64,000 nt of DNA from Trichosphaerium sp. ATCC 40318 (taxonomy: Eukaryota; Protista; Tubulinea), in the NCBI GenBank assembly GCA_038496445.1, contig JALMLS010000056.1, positions 1 to 64,000 on the forward strand, in the 5' to 3' direction. Positions 1-12,593 of the stretch are shown here, in pieces. Under the pieces are notes generated by a model that saw nothing but the letters and a program-made list of their open reading frames with translations, made no database searches and was not told the DNA's origin. Both the position numbers and the translations under genes were made by a program. Positions within the stretch are counted from its first letter, which is position 1. Each line of letters opens with the position of its first letter.

Positions 1-366
1 GTCATCATACAGTGACTGCGATCCCTTGTTTTAATAGAATATTTGTACTTTTAGATTTATTGGTTCAATTTCAAAATTGACTCGCGGTAATCGCTACCAT
101 CGTACTACCAGAGACACTGAGCGTCTGTTTTATGACAGTGCTCATACATAATATTTTCATGGCCAACAAAGATAACGACTTTTGTTACACACCTGTGATA
201 GGTTGCTTGAGAGCTTAGAATAAAATGTAAAAGGCTTCAATAGATTGTGTGGTGATTGGGAGTCATGATTGTGGAGACCCATTTAAGTCAATTGATATCG
301 TATATTTATATGCGCAGAAGACTGTAGCGCTTGTAGAGTGTCAACAAGTCAGTTAATAACTTGCGG

Positions 367-3300
367 ATGGCGGCGCAATCGCCGCAAAGAGTACAGTTAT
401 TTCTCAAGGAGCTCGCGGAGATACTCACCAAGGAGCAACGACAACTTATTGCTAAATTTCTGCCTGGTTTGTCTCAAAACGAGCGAAATCGCTTGAGTGG
501 CAATTCAAATGCGTTATTGCGTGCTCTAGTAGAGCTAAAACTGCTTCCTTGGGATTCAAGTTGGTTAAAAACGTTATCAGCGGCAAATCCATCACTGGGT
601 AATGTAGGGGATACAGTAGATAGATATATTGCGTCTAACGAGGTACGACCGTTTTTGGCATTTCAAACTCACAAGCTAGTTTATTGCGCTACTAGCGTAA
701 TTTTTCTTGCCAATATACACAGTTTTGATTACTTTTTACGTAGACACTCCTAACTTGCGTTCTTGTTTGTCCTGCCGCTCAAAATCAAGTCATAGACTAC
801 CTTGAGCACTCTCCATCATTTATAGGTACTACAACCCGAAAAACAGCAAATTGTACTATACAGTTTTAACTTTTATTGAAAAGCAATTAATTATCCGTTA
901 TTGTGCTTTATTGGCCTACTTACTAAGTCCTTTAGAACGCCCAAAAACAGGCCCACAACAACGTTACTTTACTAAGCAAACTTGGCCTCAATGGGATATC
1001 AGGGTAGTTGAAAAAGCGAACAAACAACTCATGTCAGCTTGGTCACCTGATCTCGTTATTTTTTTGTCTGCTATAGCACCAAACCACGTAGTAGACCTTC
1101 CAGAAGTTACAGGAGAAGGCGTTGTCGCACCAAATACGGTTATAGATAATAGGAAGGTACCTTTTTTTCGAAAAATTATCTTGTACTTGTTGGCGCCTAA
1201 TCTCGTTCTAGAACCCTCTGGCCGTTACGTCACCTTTTATTGGTGGTTTGAAGGACCTTTTGATGTCCGTGAGGCTGTCACAGTATATTCTACCGGTGCC
1301 CAACCTCGAGATTATTGAAAATATTAGTGTAGTGAATGAAACATGTCAACAACTGTTTCTTGTTCATGATACATATAAATTAGCTCTCTTCACACTCGGT
1401 GATACTCCTGTGGATATATACAACGCAATGTCTATCGTTAATATCGTTTTGGATACGCCTAAACCCGAGTTTAAATATCATACTACAAAGTGTACTATTA
1501 AGATGTCAAAGGGTGCAACAAAGGAAGAATTACAGCTTTATCTCAATCTTAACATATCAAAGACAGCTCAAGTATCAGCTACGAAAGGAACATTTGAAGT
1601 ATCCATAGAACACGGACATTTCTGGAGATTGAAGCATCAAGCAGAATCCGTAAAAAATCTTCAATTCCTGGGTTGTACTATCTCAGGTGTTGCTATTGAG
1701 AAAAAAACGAATGGCAAGCATTATAGAAAACATACTAGAGATAAACATGGTAAAGGAAATGAGAAGGATGCTAAGCAAGAAAAAGGAGATAAGGCTGTTG
1801 ATTTTGCTTTTACAAAGAAGCTAAAAGATAAAGATGATCCAGTTCGGTACCTTTTTTTTTTCCTTCTTTGTTCTTTTTTTTGTACATCAACCACGCTTGT
1901 ATTTACCTAATTCAATCTAGTATGAAGATGAGCGCCAGCGCACCTGTCATAGGTGGTAAACTAAGGAGCAAATCTGGAGGCTGGTCATTACCTAAAGCAT
2001 CATTCGATCTTCCAGGTACGATTGCATCTTTGTTATTTACTGTGCTGCTTTTCGAAAAATGTCATTTTCTAATGCCTCTTTCTAGTGTTTGATAGACGAG
2101 AAAAAGGTCTCCAAGAGATTCCAGAAGATGTATTTGGCCGTGAAAAACTTACTAAGCTTGTGTTACTCCAAAATCGTATTTCTGTTATCCCTCCAGGTTA
2201 GTACAATACTTTTTTTGTTAAAGGAACAAAATTGAGCTAATATATTGTAGAAATTGGAAATTTGACAACACTTCAGCACATGGATATTAGCCACAACTCC
2301 CTTGTAGGTTTACCAGATGAAATTGGTAAACTTCAAAACCTTGAGACGCTACTTTTGAATGGAAACTTTATTAAGTTCCCTAAAAGTACGTTAGATAATT
2401 AAAAGCAGTAATTTTCATACCTGTCTTACAGTTTTAGCACCTTTCTCGCTCAAATCCTTGACCTTCTTGGATCTATCTAGGAACAGGCTTGAAGCTTGTC
2501 CTGATTTCAGTGCGTATGCACCACACTTAACAAAGCTAGTACTAGACAAGAACAAACTAGATCAAGGTACATAATTAGTAAATCATTCCAAAAAAAAAAA
2601 ACAAGCCGATTCCTTTTCGAACACTAACTTGCCAAAAGGTGCGAACCTGTTTTCTCTGATGCCCAAACAACTTCGTCACTTATCTATAAGCCATAACTCC
2701 CTTTCTTGCGTTGGTGATGGTGTTGGAAACTTAGACTGTACGTCCGAAGAATTATCCTTATTTTTTGACTTATCACATGAAATAGCACTTGAGTTCCTTT
2801 GTCTTAGTCATAACGATATAGAAAATCTTCCACAAACAATGGATAAGCTTGTTCAGCTCAAGAGTGTAGATGTATCCCATAACAAGTTAAAAGACCTACC
2901 AAGCTCGCTAAACCTTCCAAAATTGATTACGTTCTATGCTAATAACAACAAGATCATGGATGTCAATGCACTATTCGAAGCGTAAGCCAGCATATAGACT
3001 TAATGGTATTTTTTTTACTAATTGAAGAATTTAGAGGCGCTTTTAGTTGTTTGACTGATTTCAACCTTGCTAATAACAAGATTGTCCAAATGCCTTCTAA
3101 TTTCTATAGTTGCTCTATGTTACAACATTTTTTGATATCAAGCAATCGTTTGACGCATATAGACCCTGAAATCAAAGATTTGGATAGATTGTTTACTCTT
3201 GACTTGGGTAATAACAAATTGGTTGATATTCCTTCGGAGATGTCTTCATTGACGAACTTGACTTATCTCAGTTTCTTCAATAATAAGATAGCAGAATTAC

Positions 3301-5221
3301 CAAAAGATCTCACTGCTGATATGGGTATTCTTCAATTCTACTACTTGTCATACACAGATGTTACTGAATACCGTCAGTCTGATAAGCCATTTGAAAAATT
3401 AGAAGAACTTAACATGAACTCATCACAACTTGAAGTCATACCAAGTTCTATATCTGTAGATATGCCTAATATACGTGTTCTATCATTGAGTAATACAAAC
3501 ATATCGGAAATACCTGTAGAGCTATGGTACGCGGCCAAAACAAAAATTGTTTTGTGATTGATGCTGATTTTTTTGTTTTAGCTCTTTGAAGTATTTGGAA
3601 CAACTTGACCTCTCTCTAAACAAGATCGTCACTCTACCTTCGGAATTCTTCGAGCTTAAGCGATTATCAGTTATTGATATTAGTTATAATCAATTAGAGT
3701 CTAATACTGACGAGGAATCATGGGACAAAACGTCTGAGTAAGCTGTCTTTTTTAATGAAATTAATACTTATTCTTTTAAAGGTGGATGGGTATGAGACGG
3801 CTTCATGTTGTCAACTTGAGTAATAATAATCTCAAAGAAGCGCCTGCAGGTACGTTATCTTTGAATAAATTGTAGACATTGTTTCCTAACGCTGTTTTCT
3901 TTGCAGGATTATTGGAAGCTGCACAAGAATTTGATGCTGATGTAAACCTTTCCGGTAACCAAATAGAAGATCATAATGAGCTCATTCAAGGTATGTAATT
4001 CTCAATATAAAGATGCGTTCCTTACGCTGTGGTGTAGGCGACAGATTCCAAGTAGCTTGGGCAGAGGTAACACATAATCTCTTTTCTTAAAACTTACTTA
4101 TTGTTTAGATGATGGGAAAACGACCAACCATGGAAGACGCCTTTTGTATAAAAGTACACTTACAATTCATTAATATGGTCATACTCACATCATATTTAAA
4201 GGGAAGCTTCATGGGAGATGAGAATATTGATTTATATGGTTTGTTTGATGGCCACGCCAGTTTCGAAGCAGCAAGATTTTGTGCTGTTAACCTACCACCA
4301 TTACTCGAAAAAGAGTTTCCAATGACCGACGACGAATTTCCAGCTGCTATAACAAAGGTACCCTTAATGGAGCGTATTAGTTACTCCATCCAATGCTCAC
4401 TCTGTTTAAGGTGTTCGACGAACTACATACAAAGTTCCACACGTATATCAAGAGTGTTGCAGTTCACTCTCCTAGAGCAAGGAATTGTGGCGCTACTGCT
4501 GTAGTCGTGCTGATTATGAATGAGGTGGTACATGTCGCTAGTGTTGGTGATAGCAGAGCTGTTGTAGTCAGAACAGATGAGATTATATCCGCTACTATAG
4601 ATCACAAACCTGAATCCGAAGAAGACCGCATCCGTGGACTAGGAGGTAAGTTTTCGCAGTTTTTTCCTCGAACGTTGTATGATGCTCACGTGATTTTTCA
4701 AGGTTCTGTTGTGAATGGTCGTGTAAATGGCCTTCTAGCTGTTTCTAGATCTATTGGTGATTTTTACTTGACACCTATGGTATCACATGAGCCTCGGTGT
4801 ACACGCTACAACTTGACAGAAAAGGTACGTAAAAAGAAACTTCCAAAAACAAATTTTCACGGTAACTTCCTTGTACTAAGAGCAAAGAATTTGCCCACAA
4901 AAGTGTGATATTCTGATTAAGTTTATTGTATAGGATGAATTCATCATCATGGGCTGTGATGGCGTTTGGGACGAAGTTTCAGAGAAAGAGGCAGCTCGAT
5001 TGGTTAGAACTAAAATTAGGGCAAGTGTACCTCGTGCTTGTACTAAACTACGTGATTTTGCGTACATGTTTGGTAGCGATGATAATATATCAGCTATTGT
5101 TGTGCGTACTGGAAAGAGATTGAAAAAAAAGAAGATGAAGAAAAAGAAGAGCAAGAAAAAAGGACCAGGATCTTTATCTCCCAAAGAGGACAAAAAAATT
5201 GTCACTGACAGTGTAATTTGA
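367..5221 (+). CDS. Multi-exon LRR-PP2C phosphatase (PHLPP-like layout) with an N-terminal death-effector-domain-like helical region and a polybasic C-terminal tail
   Basis: Exons 367-642, 744-825, 936-1156, 1211-1846 and onward splice in frame. LRRs (LxxLxLxxNxL/IxxLP) span about 2090-3960. PP2C motifs are intact: [60 protein letters not shown]. Tail [13 protein letters not shown]; TGA at 5219-5221. Confidence 0.9.
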
Positions 5222-5666
5222 TAGATTTGTACAAACCACCACTTTTGTTTTGTTTGCTTGGTATTCTTGAGATCCAGACGGATCTCTAGTTTTGAGGTTT
5301 GGTTTTTTTGGGTTGTATTGGTCCATTAAAATTAACGCAGTCAAGAATTGCGCCTGAAAGAGCGGTTTGAAAATGTCCATATTGAGGAGCTACGTGTGGT
5401 TAATGACAAAAAGCACGACGAAAGTAAACAGTGGTACAACAATGACAAGTTAAGGCACTATCTACATGGTTGATGAAAAACAGCAAACCATGGTTAATAA
5501 GTGCAAGAAATACTATCGTGCGAGTATGGCTCCAACTGTAACTCTTGGTACACTAATAAATATACTTAACCATCCAAGCACACTGTTGGAACGTTAATGT
5601 TAACTCCATACAGGAAAGAGTTTCTCTACTTAAAGCACATTTCTTGTTTTATTTTCTTCAATACAA

Positions 5667-7261
5667 TCAGTAAAATTTTGTTCTTGTTTTATGTATTGGT
5701 ATGTCTACTTGTTCTTCCATCTCCTTTGCAAGATCCCATAGGTAAAAATCTATAACTATTGCATTGAGTAGTTGATTTTTATCAATACTAGGGTCTTCTG
5801 CAATTTGTTTTTTCATTTCTTTTAGAATACACTAAGTAACAACATCAGAACATGTTAAGTCAAATCAAGTTCAATTAAAAACACTCTATAATAATAACAG
5901 TACCTCTACAGCCCATATAGAGTTACCACGAATCTCTAGCTCAATACGCTCACCATGTGATACTTGCGGTGATTCTTTTAGTCTGAAACAGTGTTAAGCC
6001 TTCAAAAAAGAGCATACGATGTACAATGGTGTTTCCTTACCTATTCATAAGTGCAGTTGAGTATGCCATAGCACCTAGATGTACTAGGATTTGAGGAACG
6101 CGATAATCAGCAAACATAGTTATTGTATCAATATCTGTGAACTCTCCTATGCCTTTACCTTCAAAACAAGCCCAAATATCTGCAACAAGAATTTGAACAC
6201 GTTTATAGATTTTAACTATGTACAAAGCATTAGAGAAAAAAATCCATTTGTGACTTGTCATGAATGTCATTATTTTTATAGAATCTTGCCTGATGTTCCT
6301 TCAAATAAGTGTGAATCGTCAAAACAACTAAAATTCTGAACAACAAGGTCTACAAGCTTTTGAGCGCTCTTGTTACTCTGACGAATACAATTGATAAACT
6401 TTCCATCAAATTTATCACAAAGTACAGTTCCTACCTCCTAAACAAGAATAAAAAAAGGTGAGTCTCCAGTCACTAGCTTTTTGCTTTTTCTTGGTTGATT
6501 TTTTTTTGAATTCTGTTTTTGGCAAAATGTGTAGTGTGACATGTCAAGAATCTTGTTTTTGGTGATCAACATCTCTCGATTTAATAAATTTGTGAAAAGG
6601 TTAATGTTGTTGATGTACGTACACGAAGGTTAGAAACGCGTTGGTAAATTAATGCTAACTGTGTTGAAGATGCACTCTTAAATACTTCCTGTACTTGCTC
6701 TTTTGTAATATTTTTGAGGTATTCAGCGGAAGTGAATGGAATGCCTTTCTATTGAAACGAAAAAAATAAAAGTCAAACGAAAATGTTAACAGATCAACTT
6801 CAATTTACCTCTATAGCCCTGTTCATAGCTGCGCAAAGCGACCAATAGCCTAATTACGTTAGATCTACGAGAAATAAGAGATATTGCGTGCCAGTGTATT
6901 TTTTGTTGTTGTAATCGACTGTAAATGGTATATCTTTCGATAAATGGTAAGATTGACGCCTAGTAAAGCATTCCTACCTGTATCCGAATAAAATGAAAAG
7001 TTTAAGGTGTCTAGTATAAATATCCACTCCACAGTCTCCTCTGTAATAATACTGGGGTGTTGTTCTGGTTTACGCCATGAAGCTAATGAATACTTCTGTT
7101 TTTTCCACACATTGCATATCTACGCCTCTAGAGTTGGTACAAACGAGTAGACGAGCGCATGACCGCACCTGCTGTGCTGTACGAGCTACACCCTCGGGAT
7201 TAACTGACACGTGTACAGAGTGCTTATTTATGAACTCAGCCGACTCTAGTACGCTTCTCAT
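5667..7261 (-). CDS. QNG1: Queuosine 5'-phosphate N-glycosylase / queuosine salvage protein (DUF2419)
   Basis: Spliced product contains [60 protein letters not shown] and the C-terminal [10 protein letters not shown], all characteristic of the family. Confidence 0.93.
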
Positions 7262-7520
7262 GATGCGTGGTTGTTTACGAATACAGAATCGTCGCTTACG
7301 CTGATGCACTGCTGCGCTTGTTGTAATTGAGCGGATAGTTGAACTGTTTGGCAGTTAAGCGAAAAATAACAGTTTACAGACGTAACACAAAAAACGCGCC
7401 TACGCACAAATAACATGCAAGAAGGTGTAAACAGAATACAAAACGTAATATAAAGTCACGATAAATAAACAACGCGACACAGTGAACGAATCAAAAACTA
7501 CATTGGTATATTGTAACACG

Positions 7521-7877
7521 TTACTCTTTCTTATTTTGAGCAGCTACAAGATATTCCTCCCAAGTAATAACACCCTAGCAACCAAAAAAAGTTAAACTGA
7601 GCGCTTTCTTGTACGAAATGCAACTCTGCAACGTACGTCCTTGTTTGAGTCCATAGTTTTGAATGCATCCTCAACTATAGCGTCAATATCGCCTTGAACC
7701 AAGAATTTCACTAATGCCTACGCCCACGCCATTAAAAACAAAAGTTTTAAACAACAATGTTTGCAACTGTACCGCTTTCATCTCTTCTCGTGTTACTTTA
7801 CCATTACCATCAGTATCTGTCTCAGAAAATGATTTTCTAAGGTTCTCCAGTTGCTCTTTTGTTAGTTGCTTCGACAT
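7521..7877 (-). CDS. Small two-EF-hand Ca2+-binding protein (paralog 1)
   Basis: Three exons: MSKQLTKEQLENLRKSFSETDTDGNGKVTREEMKA/ALVKFLVQGDIDAIVEDAFKTMDSNKD/GVITWEEYLVAAQNKKE*; two canonical 12-residue EF loops. Confidence 0.9.
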
Positions 7878-8032
7878 GGTAAATGATGGGTACAAAATGT
7901 GAATAGTATTAATTGAAAACCTAATAAAAAAAAGGCAGTTGTGAAAGAAACTTTTTCTTTTGATAAACGTCTACCACTTTGTCACGTGAAAAGATTTTTG
8001 GTTTATTTGGTTGATTTGATTATTTAAGATTC

Positions 8033-8423
8033 TCATTCGTCTGTCTTCTCTTCAGCAGCTTTGAGATACTCAGCCCACGTAACAAAACCCTACAAAAATC
8101 GTTACAATCTGAAATACAAACTGATATTAATTCGAAATAAAATCAAGCTTCTCGGGGCTCAAATCTTTGTAATCACGTGCGTCTTTGTTTGAATCCATAG
8201 TATTAAAAGCGTCCTCAACAACAGCGTCAATATCACCCATCACAAGGCACTTTTGAAGGACCTACAACATTAGTAAGCCAATTACAAACAAAAACATTAA
8301 CGTTTAAAATAATTATACCGCTTTCATCTCTTCTCGCGTTACTTTGCCATCACCATTCTTATCAGCTTCTTTAAAAGACAGTTTTAGTGCCTTTACTTGC
8401 TTCTTGGATAGTTTTTTGGACAT
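8033..8423 (-). CDS. Small two-EF-hand Ca2+-binding protein (paralog 2, tandem duplicate)
   Basis: MSKKLSKKQVKALKLSFKEADKNGDGKVTREEMKA/VLQKCLVMGDIDAVVEDAFNTMDSNKD/GFVTWAEYLKAAEEKTDE*; same intron positions as paralog 1; intron 2 has a GC donor. Confidence 0.88.
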
Positions 8424-8488
8424 TTGACACCTGTGGAGAAATGTTGTGGTGTACACTAAAATTGACACAGTAATTCGAGTTAGGAGGC
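8424..8488. promoter_or_regulatory. Compact putative bidirectional promoter between the EF-hand gene and TPC
   Basis: Only 65 bp separate the two divergent ATGs (8423 on -, 8489 on +). Confidence 0.55.
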
Positions 8489-11400
8489 ATGCTACAGCCT
8501 CCTACGCCTTCACAACTCCGCGAACCACTCGTGGGCAAGTCTGAAGATGAATTGTTAACTTCAGACAGCTTAAACCCTTCTATTCAATCCTATCTACCAG
8601 ACGATAAAAATACCGGCGTACGTGATTGTATTGACAACATTCTTGACACCAACTCTCGATTTTTAGGCTGATTATTTACGGGCAGCCAATTTTATACAAG
8701 ATGCTATACATTTACGCCAAGGGAAGCGCAAACAAGACAGTCAAGCGCAGAGGTACGTCTTAATACAGTAAATTTGGTATTCCTAATCTGTAGCTAGGTT
8801 TTACGCCTTGTACTACAGTCGACTATTTAAATGTTTCATGTGGGGAGTGATATTAGTGCATTTCAACCTAATCTGGTACAGTACATCCATTTTCTTCAAA
8901 TATTTTTTGCAAAAAAAAAGTCGTTTGAGTTTTACATTGAGGACTGATGTGTACTGCTAGGTTTGAAGATCCAGCACAATTTTTTATACCACAGTGGGCA
9001 CTACTTACTATAGAAGGCGTATGCCTATTGTCTTACTGCTTTGAACTGTTTGTCAAGGTTCGAAAGAAACAAAAAAGATCACGTGTTACAGTTTTTGTAA
9101 TTTTTTTTTGTAGACTAGGTTTGTTGATAATACGCGAATGTATAGGAATAGACTTCACTGGTTAGTAATTGGTTGTATTTGTGTACGTAACCGCGGAGAA
9201 ATCCCATTCCGACCTTCCAACAAAAATGACGTCATTTTTGTTTAAAGTTGACAGTGCTCGATATGATGACATACAAAGCTTCTAAAGTCCGTTGGAGTCG
9301 AATTCTTAGACCAGCGTTTGTTGGCTATTGGTACACATTTTTTTTTGGATTATTTTTGTCTTGTACTTACGTAATCTTTACTCAGGTTCAGACCTCTTAG
9401 GATATTTCTCAGGTACTGCTTTTAGCGCGTTAGTTATTCGTGTTTGCTGACAACGTAGCTAGGGAAGTATGGAGTACAATGGGAAGTATATTGGAAGCAT
9501 TTGCGGTTATCACATTTTTTATATCATTTGCTGTTGTATTCTGTGTTGTCATATTCGAAGGTGGTCCTCTTGCTGAACCAGGAGCTGGATTTGGATCATT
9601 ATGGGAAGCCACAAGAAGTCTCTTTGTGTTGTGGGTACGATAAAGATGAAAAGAGACCAAAGCGTCCTAAAGGGCAAGTACAAGACTTCTAACACTTTTT
9701 GTTAGACAACAGCGAATTATCCCGATATTATGATGCCAGGGTACCGGCATAGTAGAGCTACTGTTTTTGTGTTTGTTGTATACATTGTCGTCACAATGTT
9801 TATACTAAAATCATTGCTGCTTGGTGTCATTTACAATCAGTATACAAGCCAAGTCAAGAGAGATCTTCGAAATGCAAAAATACTTGAAAGGAGTAAACTT
9901 AAAGAGTCTTTTGACATTTTAACTCGGTATACACCTCCTGGTGGTTTACGATATGTTACATTGCCTTTATTCATTAGCCTATTCCGAGAGCTTAGACCAT
10001 CGTAAGTATCCCTCACTACTATTAATGTACTGCAACAGAAATCTAATTTTGATGTTTTTTAGAGCAAGCACAAAGAGAGCAAAGCTTTTATACAAAATAC
10101 TGGATACGAACAACACCCAACGTCTTAGTTTTAGAGAATTCAAAGGAATTACTAATCTCTTGAAGTTTAACATAAGTTCTACAAAGGTACGCTGCGTGTC
10201 AACATCACGACTTAATAGCGATTATTGAAGAAAACAAAAAAAAGAAACTTTGAAGTTGTTTAACTTTTTGCCTCTTGAGCGCTCTTGCTTTCGGGTTTTG
10301 CATTTATTTCTGTACTTTGATATTTCTTTTTTTTAATGGTTAGTATTAACACTTTCTATAGACAGATGACAACATATTCTCAAGGTGTATTCCGAAGTTC
10401 TACAATAGTCGTTTTTCCAATGTGCTAAAGTACTGTGTTCAACATGTCGCTTTCAGTGTCGTTGTCACACTTATGATTGTCATTAATGCTGCTTTGGTAT
10501 TAATAGAACAATTACTTGTTGAGAAACTACAGCAAGGAAAACAAAACCCAGCATTGGTTAGCTTTAATAAGCATAAAGCATGGACAGAGATTTTATTTTT
10601 TTTCGTTTTCTTTGTTGAAATGTTTCTCAAAATCTATTCCTTCGGTCCACGTAACTACTGGAAAAAAAATTGGAATAAGTAAGCATACAAACATATATTG
10701 AATGTTAGCAATTACCACCATTAATAATTTATTAGGTTTGATTGTCTGATCGTGGTGCGATGAGTGAAAGAATTTTTCTTATTTTGTTGTTTTTCTTATT
10801 TGTGGAGATGTATTTCCTTTTTCTTCGCCCTTGTTGCTAACTATTTTATAGATTACTTCTCTGTTTGATCTGATTCTTAATGCAACTATAGAGGATCTAG
10901 GATTCGGACTTCTCAAGTTTCTATTACTAAGTAACTACTAAAACCAACAAGCATACTTTTCTCTTTCGTTCATCAACTTATATTTTTAGTTCGTGTTCTA
11001 CGGTTACTACGCCTTTTTGGTCGCTTAGAAAGATTCAACGTTATTATGACAACAATATTCCAGCTTGTTGTTCCATTGATAAATCTATTTGCAGCACTGG
11101 CGGTACGTTGTGTTATTGTTGTCTTTTTTCTAATAAAATTCTTCTTTCTACTCTTTCGTCCTCTCTCAGTTTCTATTTTTCTCAACATACCATAGGTAGT
11201 TTCTTATGTATTTGCAGTTATTGGCATGCTCGTGTGGGCAGGTACGGAAGAGAGTATAAGAAGTAAATACTTAAATAATTCTTAAAAGGAAAAATGACTC
11301 CACTCAATCCTGCTCTTAATAACACTGAGGTACAACTAACTCTTTCGATTACTATCAATTTTTCTTACAATATTTATAATAGTACGCAGAATTGGAGTAT

Positions 11401-12476
11401 TGGGGCAATAGGTAATACCAATTAAGCACAAGCAACATTGAATTCATTTGATACCCACTTTTTTTTCTTTAGTTTCAACAATTATGGAGAATCACTTGTA
11501 ACACTCTTTGGTAAGCACCTGCAAAATTATTGTTGTATAACTTAATTCAATTAGAGTTGATGGTTGTTAATAATTGGCATGTCATTGCAGCAGGATTCGC
11601 TGCAGCCTCAACACGTGAGTTTTTTTTTTTCCAATAAAAAATGGTTTATAAATGTCAACTTCAGAACAAGTACTTCTTGTTTAGACTCTAAAGACGTACA
11701 TACAAAAAAATACTGTAGTTCTTTTGGGCTTACGTTCGTTAATTTACATCATTGTTTATTTCTTCAGCCTTGCTGAGCATTCTGACAGTTTTTTTTCATA
11801 GAATGGGCTTGGTTATTTTTTATGCTCTTCCACCTTGTCACAGCAGTTGTTCTTGTAAAGTACGCCCTATAATCAACTTAGTCATATAACCACTCCTTTT
11901 CGTTTACTTTCATATAGTATCCTTATAGCTGTTATTCTCGACGGGTTTGTAGCTCAATGGCAAGTTCGGAAACAAGGCATTAAATCTAGAGTTCAAATCC
12001 GAATCGAAATGTTGGACAAAGCACATGCAGACATTAATGATTTGAGGACCGTTGATAATGTATTTAAGAGTAAGACAGGAAAGAGGAAACAATACATAGC
12101 AAAACGTAAAGCAGGAGGTGAGAGAGACTGAGAAAAATCTAAGATTTTGTCGACCTAAAACAATGATTTGACTTTTAAACAAGAACGGGTTTTTTGGTTT
12201 GTTGTTGGCTTTTTTCCTCAATACCTGCCCTTTCTGCTGACGCTTTTTTCTTCAGGTGTTTTGGATCTTCTCGAAGATTTATTCGTAGAGGACGAAGAAG
12301 AGTCATTTTCTGTTTCTCATGCGTTTATTCCACCACGTGAGCTTATGGCAACTGTGGATGGTGAAGACGAAAGACGTTTAAGTTTTCATGATGAAGATTC
12401 AGTTAGTATGTATGGGAATTATGATAGTGATGACGATTGGGGACTAACAGATTCCTCTCTTATTGTACAATTGTAG
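8489..12476 (+). CDS. TPC: Two-pore channel (TPC) with linker EF-hand
   Basis: Two 6-TM domains. S4 segments RWSRILRP and RVLRLLRLFGRL; filter I TTANYPDIMMPGY; filter II LFELMVVNNW; linker EF loop DTNNTQRLSFREF; N-terminal EPLV dileucine-like motif; acidic C-terminal tail. Confidence 0.92.
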
Positions 12477-12593
12477 AAAAAAAATAACTAAAACAAGACT
12501 TGATTATTCATTTGCAAATGAAACCCATAAACATTTTCGAGGGATATATGTAGTTAAGAAATGGAAAACTAGATATATTCATACTACTTAATT

